From a virus, in the IMG/VR virus record IMGVR_UViG_3300017971_000264, positions 14,056 through 78,055 of that record: a stretch of 64,000 bases of DNA. One strand, given 5' to 3'. Below, in pieces: positions 57,590-64,000 of the stretch. Under the pieces are notes generated by a model. It did not search any database. It worked only from the letters and a program-made list of their open reading frames with translations, and had not been told where the DNA came from. Each line of letters begins with the position of its first letter. The first letter of the stretch is position 1. Position numbers and translations under genes: made by a program.

Positions 57590-57947
57590 GAACGGATTTC
57601 AGCCGATGATTCGGAGGGTTGGTCTTTGCGAGAAAGGAAGCAAAGGCAAATTGTTCAAAGTGATCGAGGTCACCATGGGGGTTGGAGACATCCTCAAGGC
57701 GAAGGCAAAGATCCGAGAAGTTGTGAGGAAAGAGGGGTTCGACCTCATGTCGCTCAACCTACTTACGGATTCCGAAGCCGGGAAGAGGGGCATCGAATAC
57801 ATCGGCGTAGTGAAGACCAAGGGTGACATGCTCTTGAAGAAAAAGAAAAAGCCGGTGACCAGAGGAGGGAAACCCATCGGAAATCCACAGCAGGGAAGGA
57901 CGATGGCCCATGCGAGACGTGTTGCTGACCAGAGACGGAACCAGTAG
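57582..57947 (+). CDS. Hypothetical basic protein
   Basis: SD GGAGG; overlaps the upstream gene. Confidence 0.7.
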   Translation: MSENGFQPMIRRVGLCEKGSKGKLFKVIEVTMGVGDILKAKAKIREVVRKEGFDLMSLNLLTDSEAGKRGIEYIGVVKTKGDMLLKKKKKPVTRGGKPIGNPQQGRTMAHARRVADQRRNQ

Positions 57948-58445
57948 ATGAGTAAGTGGTCAGAACTACTCGGCAGCGAAGATGCTGGTCCAGCAATAGA
58001 TCTCGGAGTCAGGGAGGGACAGCTTCTACCAACCCAACCACCATTGCCGGCGGCAGAGGTTGTGAAGGCGGTCAAGGTGGACGTGAAGCACCTCTTCTAC
58101 CATGTGGTCCAAGTGAAGGCGATGGATGAGCATGGAGATCGCGAAGAGGATATTGCGATAGGGCGTCTCGTTGCGGTCACTGAACAAGGCGCGGAGATTG
58201 AGTTCGAGCGCGAGGCTCACCCAGTGGATGCGGTATCCGGAGAAGTCAACGTGTCACGGTGTGATGCATGTGGCGGAGAGATCCACGGGAAGGACTCAGT
58301 GATTCTTTGCTTCTTCCTGTCATCTTCGGGAAGGTGTGGCGCACAGAATGGTGCGCCTGCTTGCGAGTACGAGAGAGAAGGCGACTTCGATAAGTGCAGA
58401 CTGTGTAGTCGGAAGCTCGCATACCACAGGTCCTGTACTCGATGA
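57948..58445 (+). CDS. Hypothetical zinc-finger protein
   Basis: CDAC, CRLC and HxxC. Confidence 0.7.
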   Translation: MSKWSELLGSEDAGPAIDLGVREGQLLPTQPPLPAAEVVKAVKVDVKHLFYHVVQVKAMDEHGDREEDIAIGRLVAVTEQGAEIEFEREAHPVDAVSGEVNVSRCDACGGEIHGKDSVILCFFLSSSGRCGAQNGAPACEYEREGDFDKCRLCSRKLAYHRSCTR

Positions 58446-58564
58446 TGGTGCTGGCTCTCATCTTCGGAGTCGCTCTTATCTGGTTGCTGGGGTTGTCTTT
58501 TTCAGATGCGATACGAAGGGCCAATGGGAAGCGCGGCCTGGAGTTCAAGAGGAGAATTAAGTAG
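58442..58564 (+). CDS. Small membrane protein (40 aa)
   Basis: ATGA overlap; MMVLALIFGVALIWLLGLSF then a basic tail; ends just before the next ATG. Confidence 0.55.
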   Translation: MMVLALIFGVALIWLLGLSFSDAIRRANGKRGLEFKRRIK

Positions 58565-59050
58565 ATGGGAGTCAAAGAAGACATCATTGCCAATGTCAAG
58601 GCGATAGCCGATGTAGGCCGAGACACGTTGAAGCTATCCCTCGGCTCTGAGGGGAACTACGTCAAGCTTGGCGGAGTCAACCGTGAAACGGGCGCGGCAT
58701 GGAGGCCGAGTCCCTCTGTGATGGAGACCATTATCGAGGGCATTTCGACATGGTTGGGTGGAAATGTTAAACCGAATAACCAGTGGCCAGTGCGTGTTGT
58801 AGTCATCTCCGGGAACGTCGTAACAACAGACGTGATCGTTGAGCTTCAACAAAATGCACTGGTTTTGTCTTTACCGTTGCATGGTGAGATTCCCACTGGT
58901 ACGATATTCATAATCAAGGCCGCGAACGTGACCGGCTGTTCGTTGAATGCGCAAGGCGGAGCGACAATTGACGGACAAGCCACAGTGGCACTCGCGCCAT
59001 ACCAAACAGTACGGGTATACCGCTCAGGGAGCGAATGGAGAACATGGTAG
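58565..59050 (+). CDS. Protein with fibre-type beta module
   Basis: LSLP...GTIFIIK...TIDG...W pattern. Confidence 0.65.
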   Translation: MGVKEDIIANVKAIADVGRDTLKLSLGSEGNYVKLGGVNRETGAAWRPSPSVMETIIEGISTWLGGNVKPNNQWPVRVVVISGNVVTTDVIVELQQNALVLSLPLHGEIPTGTIFIIKAANVTGCSLNAQGGATIDGQATVALAPYQTVRVYRSGSEWRTW

Positions 59051-59652
59051 GTACCGAGGAGAGGTACGAGTCCAAAGAGTTTCTCAGGTTTGCGGCGGAA
59101 CAAGGCGGAGTCTGCTGTATCTGTCGAAAGATACACGGAGAAGTGGTTCCGGCGAAAGAGCGACATCATTTCGGAGAAAAAGGGATGGGGCAGAAAGGTA
59201 GTGACTTCAGGGTCGCTCGTCTTTGTCTCAAGTGCCACAAGAAGTGGCAAGGCAAGCGCGGATTCTCATTCACAGTGAACGAAGAGTTCGAGGTGTACAA
59301 CGCGATGCTGACCGATGCGATAGAGCTGGTGTCAGCCTATGCGAATTACCTTGAAGGACTCACAGCGAAAAACGTGAAGAAAGTTCTTGCCGCCCTGGTG
59401 ACCGAAGCCAACGACAACTGTGCCAGAGCAGAGATGCAGCAGTGGTTGCTGGAGAACGCTCCAGACAGAATCGAAGATCTCGAATGGATGTTGCAATGGG
59501 CGAATCGACGAAGCGGGAATGTCATCGCATTCCTGGCAGAGCCGATGCGTGAGATTTCAGGGTATGTTCCGGATACGGATGGAGGGTGGAGAGGAGCGTA
59601 CACCTCAATGAGGTTTGTTGCTCAACAAGCTTTGAAGAGGTGTGGACTATGA
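59044..59652 (+). CDS. HNH-like (DUF968/Ref-like) nuclease domain protein
   Basis: CCIC...HH...GMGQKGSD...LCLKCH. Confidence 0.75.
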   Translation: MVGTEERYESKEFLRFAAEQGGVCCICRKIHGEVVPAKERHHFGEKGMGQKGSDFRVARLCLKCHKKWQGKRGFSFTVNEEFEVYNAMLTDAIELVSAYANYLEGLTAKNVKKVLAALVTEANDNCARAEMQQWLLENAPDRIEDLEWMLQWANRRSGNVIAFLAEPMREISGYVPDTDGGWRGAYTSMRFVAQQALKRCGL

Positions 59653-60434
59653 AGCCTCACCCGATTGAATGGTGTGACCTCACCAAGAATCCGTTCCATG
59701 GATGCCAGCACGGTTGCCCTTACTGCTATGCGAGGGACACAGCCGAACGGCTTTCTCACATCCCCAATAGCGGCCACTATTGGCATCTGAGAGAGGCAGG
59801 GTTTGATTTCTTCAAGCCGGTTTTCGACAAGGAGAAACTGGAGAAGATGGTTGCTCAGTTCAGCAGGAGCAGGACATCGAAGGTGATTTTCCTCGGGTCG
59901 ATGGGAGACATTGGAGGGAACTTTGACTACCTGGTTCCGACTCCGGAGCCGACCTACATTGGAGCGTTCTCTGTGAGGAACGCGGTGAGGAAGGCAACGG
60001 AGAAGATGGGCAAGCACACGGTGGTGATGCTCACCAAGAATCCGACTGGACTCCAGAGTGAAAAGTGGCCGGACAACGTGTGTCTCGGTGTGAGTGTCAC
60101 GTCCAGCCGAGATGCCATAAATAGGGTACCTCGACTGATGGAGGTGGAATGTGGCTCCAGGTGCGTGTCGGTCGAACCTCTGTTCGATGAGGAGTTAGAT
60201 CCGAGTCTTCTTCGTGGAGTGGACTGGGTGAAGGTCGGAGCAGTCACAGGAGACATGCGCAAGCTTGGAATATCGCAAGGGATTGTGCAGGCGGCGAAAA
60301 GAATTGTAGAATGGGGCAAGAGTGAAGACGTTCCAGTTTTCATAAAGGCTAACCTCAGAGAGGTCGCTCCGGACGTGGATTGGCCTATGGAGAGGTTAAG
60401 GAGGTCCCAATGCAGCTTGTTGAAATCTTACTGA
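59649..60434 (+). CDS. DUF5131 (phage Gp37/Gp68) radical-SAM-like protein
   Basis: IEWCD.T.NP..GCQHGCPYCYA, SMGD, LTKNP, SVEPL, VPVFIK. Confidence 0.88.
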   Translation: MKPHPIEWCDLTKNPFHGCQHGCPYCYARDTAERLSHIPNSGHYWHLREAGFDFFKPVFDKEKLEKMVAQFSRSRTSKVIFLGSMGDIGGNFDYLVPTPEPTYIGAFSVRNAVRKATEKMGKHTVVMLTKNPTGLQSEKWPDNVCLGVSVTSSRDAINRVPRLMEVECGSRCVSVEPLFDEELDPSLLRGVDWVKVGAVTGDMRKLGISQGIVQAAKRIVEWGKSEDVPVFIKANLREVAPDVDWPMERLRRSQCSLLKSY

Positions 60435-60718
60435 CCCCGCTCGTTCTCGGGGTGGCAGCCGGTATCGTGGCCCTGATGTACGCCATCGGCCAGGTTCCGG
60501 TAGGAGAGAAACGACTTCGCCAGAAGGTCATCTGGCGGAAGCTGGCGCCGATTATCCCGCTCGTGCTGGGAATCGTAGGCGTCTTCATGCCGGGAGTAGT
60601 GGAGGACAGCCCAGGATGGGGTCACACACTCTTGGTGGGATTATGGGCAGGCTTCGTGGCGTCCCATGGAAGGAAGATCGCCAAGAGACTGCTCGTAGAT
60701 AAACTGAAAGAAGGCTGA
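60410..60718 (+). CDS. Putative holin (3 TM)
   Basis: Three hydrophobic helices and a basic C-terminus; SD AAGGAGG. Confidence 0.65.
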   Translation: MQLVEILLTPLVLGVAAGIVALMYAIGQVPVGEKRLRQKVIWRKLAPIIPLVLGIVGVFMPGVVEDSPGWGHTLLVGLWAGFVASHGRKIAKRLLVDKLKEG

Positions 60719-60720
60719 AA

Positions 60721-61110
60721 ATGAAAGGGGTTCAGAAGGTTACAGGTTGGTATTCAGGGTTGCCCATCTGGGCGAAGGTTCTCATGGCCATTCCGATCAT
60801 CTTGGCGGTAGTTGGTGTGGCTGCTCTCATCTTCATGCGCGGCGGTTCATCCGTCAAAGAGAAGAAGAAGCTGAAGGATGGTCATGAGAAGATGGTCGAC
60901 AAGCTCGTCGAGAGAACGGAAACCAAGGCCGCGGCAATCGATGCCGAGGTTGGGAAACTCGAAGGCGAGCGAGAAAAGCTGCAAGAGCAACAACAGGACG
61001 AAGAAGAGACAAGGAGACTGAAACATGATGCGCTGGACAGTGCTGACAGTTTTGATGCTGTCGATGATGTCATTTTCGGCGATGGCCCAGGAGGCCACTC
61101 AAGCAGATAG
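60721..61110 (+). CDS. i-spanin-like protein
   Basis: N-terminal TM plus coiled coil, after the holin. Confidence 0.6.
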   Translation: MKGVQKVTGWYSGLPIWAKVLMAIPIILAVVGVAALIFMRGGSSVKEKKKLKDGHEKMVDKLVERTETKAAAIDAEVGKLEGEREKLQEQQQDEEETRRLKHDALDSADSFDAVDDVIFGDGPGGHSSR

Positions 61111-61513
61111 CGGAACGTTGCCGGAGCAGTTCTGGCAGTTCCCGAAGGTTCCGACAAAGACGGTAGACGGAGCCAATTATCGCTGTTTCAACCTCGACGA
61201 GTACAAGACACTCGCCCGGATCTACCAAGATTATAAATCGCTGTGGCGGCAGGCACGGCTCATGTCCCTCGAACTATCGAATGTGGATAGACAGTTGAAG
61301 CTACGCATGGAGGAGGTTACTCTATGGAAAGAACTGTCCACCGATCTCGATGAGGACAGGAAGTTTCTGTCATCAGCTTTGGACGACGAATACGAGTCGA
61401 GACTGAAGCTGGAAAAGTCACAGCGGTTCAGAACGAACTTCCTTTGGGGGGTCATTGTTGTTGAGTCGCTGGCTTTAGCAGTCCTTGGGACGGTGGCCTA
61501 TACAGCAAAATGA
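61025..61513 (+). CDS. Spanin-partner-like secreted coiled-coil protein
   Basis: Overlaps the upstream gene; signal peptide ending AMA; C-terminal TM. Confidence 0.55.
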   Translation: MMRWTVLTVLMLSMMSFSAMAQEATQADSGTLPEQFWQFPKVPTKTVDGANYRCFNLDEYKTLARIYQDYKSLWRQARLMSLELSNVDRQLKLRMEEVTLWKELSTDLDEDRKFLSSALDDEYESRLKLEKSQRFRTNFLWGVIVVESLALAVLGTVAYTAK

Positions 61514-61538
61514 TGGAGAAAGAACAAAGAGGACTAGA

Positions 61539-62036
61539 ATGTTACGAGGTATCAAGGTGAATACGGATTGGCAGGCCGTCGAGAAGACCTTGAAGGAGGA
61601 AGACATCAAAACGTTGACCAACAAGCTTGTAGTGGGAGAGTTCGATCTCTACTTCAAGCTCGGTTTCTATCCGGTGGAGGGTGATCCCGACGGACGGATG
61701 AGGCCGGTGATGGTCGACATCACTTTCACTCGCGCAGGATCGAAAGAGACGTTTGAGTGCGAAGAGTGCGACATGAGAGAGTCGCGCCGCTATGAAGATA
61801 TGCGTTCGTACTTGGAAGTTGTCTGTAGACAGGCGAGTGCGTTGTTGCAGGCCAACATCTGGACGCTGAACGACTTGAGCGACATGTGGATCATGACGCG
61901 GTTCGAGCCGTCAGGTGCTTGCGAGCAGATTGCAGGCATAGCGAAGAGTCCCCTGGACGCATGTGCCAAACTGGTACGAGCGAACCAGGCACGCTGGTCC
62001 TTGCAGATGCGGGAGAAAAAAGAGGATGCGGCCTAG
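61539..62036 (+). CDS. Stand-alone TSCPD-like domain (class II RNR C-terminal domain)
   Basis: LYFKLGFY..DG.P..V.I....GS...SALLQ...TRFEPSG...KSPLD. Confidence 0.6.
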   Translation: MLRGIKVNTDWQAVEKTLKEEDIKTLTNKLVVGEFDLYFKLGFYPVEGDPDGRMRPVMVDITFTRAGSKETFECEECDMRESRRYEDMRSYLEVVCRQASALLQANIWTLNDLSDMWIMTRFEPSGACEQIAGIAKSPLDACAKLVRANQARWSLQMREKKEDAA

Positions 62037-62223
62037 CGAAGAGTACATCGAGAACATCCTCGAAGAATGCATGGAGATGCTCGAAGAAGACGAAGAGGTC
62101 TTCACCGAGTTTGAACAGGAGTTCCTGAACAGTGTTCATGAGCAATCTGCAAGCAGGTTTCTCACGGACAAACAGTGGGAGACCCTGGAGAAGATCTACG
62201 AAGAGAGGGTATGCAACAGCTAG
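62026..62223 (+). CDS. Small acidic phage protein
   Basis: TEFEQEFLNSV...LTDKQWETLEKI. Confidence 0.7.
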   Translation: MRPSEEYIENILEECMEMLEEDEEVFTEFEQEFLNSVHEQSASRFLTDKQWETLEKIYEERVCNS

Positions 62224-62771
62224 AAGTCAAAGCGAAAGACGTGATGAATGTCTTTCTCTGCAAGGAGAACTGCATCCGAATAGCGGAGCCGACACTCATC
62301 GTTTGCGAAGAGGTGGAGGTAGCTATCGTTGAGCCGTCAGAAGGTGGATGGGCGGTAAAGTCGATAGCTTGTACGCACCAGAGTCATGGTGTGAATCCGC
62401 GGTTTAAGAAATTGCAACAGAGAATGGACGCCCTTGTGAAGAAGAGCAAGGGTAGTGGTCTCACGCTCACTACACAGCCGTGTGACCGCTGCGACGGGTC
62501 GGGATGGGTTTCTGGCGATTCGAAAGAGGCGCAGATGATCATTCTCACCTCGGCGTCCATGGGCAGGTTTAAGGGGATCGATATAGGGCAGCAAGTCTTG
62601 AGGAGCATAGTGGACTGTGTTACCTTGGGTGACGGGAACTCAGCTTCCTCAAACCTTCTGTTTGGCGCCCGACCGGAATCCGCCCCGGTCGGGCGCACCT
62701 TTGACCCCCCAGAAAAAGAAGCAGGAGAGGAAGATGGAGAACATCAAGATAGTATGCAAGCAAGAAGATAA
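62211..62771 (+). CDS. Hypothetical Cys-rich protein
   Basis: CKENC and CDRCDGSG. Confidence 0.65.
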   Translation: MQQLEVKAKDVMNVFLCKENCIRIAEPTLIVCEEVEVAIVEPSEGGWAVKSIACTHQSHGVNPRFKKLQQRMDALVKKSKGSGLTLTTQPCDRCDGSGWVSGDSKEAQMIILTSASMGRFKGIDIGQQVLRSIVDCVTLGDGNSASSNLLFGARPESAPVGRTFDPPEKEAGEEDGEHQDSMQARR

Positions 62772-63033
62772 AGTCATTGGAACCATTGGACTGGAGCCGG
62801 GCAAGCACCGGGTAGACTCTCCGATGATCCGAGACAAGTTCGTCCCGGTGGAACAGCGGTACAGATACAAGCAGTTGCCGAGGGACGGTTCCTATTTGAA
62901 GTGTCCCTTTTGCGACGGACACTGTGTGATCGTGGCAGACCACGACTACATCGACCACGACGAAAAGAGAAAGCGCGAGGAGGCTACCCCGGTCGAAGTG
63001 ATTCTCGGGCAGATGATTTCGGTGCAGCAATGA
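62734..63033 (+). CDS. Hypothetical protein
   Basis: SD GGAGAGG; CPFC. Confidence 0.65.
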   Translation: MENIKIVCKQEDKVIGTIGLEPGKHRVDSPMIRDKFVPVEQRYRYKQLPRDGSYLKCPFCDGHCVIVADHDYIDHDEKRKREEATPVEVILGQMISVQQ

Positions 63034-63734
63034 CAGAGCGCAATACCGAGAGGCAGATGACCGATGAACTCATCGAGGCCATCCGTAGGTACATCCCAAA
63101 GCTGAAGCTCAAGTTCAAGGATCAATCACGGTTCTGGAAGTGCCTACCAGCCAAGCTACGGGAGTCATCGACGACTTTTCCATCAACCATATGGCTCAAC
63201 ACAAAGAAGCGCTACGACGAGCCTGACAAGTACTTGTTCGAGACAATTGCGCACGAGTGCAAGCACGCGATGGACATGGCGAGGGGAGGGTTTCTTTTCT
63301 GGCTCGCATACTTGCTCCCGCAGATCCTTGCCCTCGGTGGTGTCCTCTGGTTGATTGCCTATTTTGCGTTTGGGCTGTCGGCATGGAATCTCATCCCAGG
63401 CATTGCACTCCTGGGCGCCTTGGCTCCATGGCCATCCCCTACGAGGGCTGGCCGAGAGATTCGTGGCTACTCGATGAACATGCTCATCAAGAAGGCAAGG
63501 ACAGGGGAGGTTCCAACCGAGAAGAGGATGTACATCGTTGGGTATCTCACAGGCTGGCTGTACTACAAGATGGTTTGGAGGCGTAGCGCAGCGATAGAGA
63601 TGGTCGATGATGCTGAGCGTAGCGTGGGGCGCGGTACGGAGTGGTGCATGGTCACCAACAACGTGCTGAAGATTCTGGAGCGACACGGCCAGAAGAAAGA
63701 AGGTTGGGTGAGTGGAGCTAGGAAAGGTGGTTGA
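63030..63734 (+). CDS. Membrane-associated HExxH metallopeptidase-like protein
   Basis: IAHECKH, TM segments, then REIRGY. Confidence 0.65.
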   Translation: MTERNTERQMTDELIEAIRRYIPKLKLKFKDQSRFWKCLPAKLRESSTTFPSTIWLNTKKRYDEPDKYLFETIAHECKHAMDMARGGFLFWLAYLLPQILALGGVLWLIAYFAFGLSAWNLIPGIALLGALAPWPSPTRAGREIRGYSMNMLIKKARTGEVPTEKRMYIVGYLTGWLYYKMVWRRSAAIEMVDDAERSVGRGTEWCMVTNNVLKILERHGQKKEGWVSGARKGG

Positions 63735-64000
63735 GGGCTTGGCGGATTTCGCAGATAGCATCGTGTCCTCCATAGAACCCTGGGATGGTGTGTCGAATCC
63801 GGAGACCTATGTCGCCGAGATCATCAAGGACCTTCGAGTGATGAAGAAGTCGCTCAAGAAGGAAGGTGTCGTGTGGCTCAACATCCGAGACTCATACAGG
63901 TACATAGAGCCGGTAAGAGACGAGGGGCAGGCAGGCCGAGAGGAGTTTGCAAGGGGCAACGGCATTGAGGACAAGAGGATCGGCGGGAACATTTCCAACA
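63712..64000 (+). CDS. N4/N6 DNA methyltransferase-like protein (3' partial)
   Basis: ADSIVSS.EPW...ETYV...LKKEGVVWLNIRDSY resembles a beta-class MTase N-terminus; start uncertain. Confidence 0.55.
   Translation, partial: MELGKVVEGLADFADSIVSSIEPWDGVSNPETYVAEIIKDLRVMKKSLKKEGVVWLNIRDSYRYIEPVRDEGQAGREEFARGNGIEDKRIGGNISN

Larger units (their letters stand above)
1..64000 (+). mobile_element. Myovirus-like phage or prophage genome segment
   Basis: Co-oriented capsid, sheath, tube, tape measure, baseplate, DnaB, RecT and lysis genes; no host housekeeping genes seen. Confidence 0.97.

Noticed and set aside
1-64000. Stop-codon reassignment
   Set aside because: Conserved genes are full length in the standard code, and TAG, TGA and TAA all end genes

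Overview
The whole 64 kb window is one segment of a contractile-tailed (myovirus-type) phage or prophage, and every credible gene lies on the + strand. Positions 1-41412 hold the virion module: the 3' part of a MuF/SPP1-gp7 minor head gene, an XkdF-type prohead protease that appears split over two ORFs, the major capsid, head decoration and fibre proteins, neck, sheath, tube, a frameshifted tail chaperone, the tape measure, an elaborate baseplate and fibres. Positions 41700-47700 are an early region with three related AT-rich promoters and a DUF6744-like + MoxR/RavA AAA + VWA module. Positions 47725-55438 hold an HTH regulator, recombination genes (Cas4-like, YqaJ, RecT) and replication genes (initiator with internal iterons, DnaB). 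Positions 55500-64000 hold scattered lysis genes and accessory genes. No integrase, terminase, portal, tRNA, CRISPR array or reverse transcriptase was seen. The most notable cis-features are: (i) a 12-bp-periodic AACGTT iteron-like array inside the initiator gene, with a second copy about 51.6 kb away inside the MuF gene; (ii) a near-consensus chromosomal parS palindrome flanked by parS half-sites, with no parAB in the window; (iii) a ~107-nt structured RNA with an anti-Shine-Dalgarno apical loop; (iv) duplicated early promoter cassettes that place an in-frame ATG at the predicted +1. Family assignments come from motifs recognised by eye, not from database searches.
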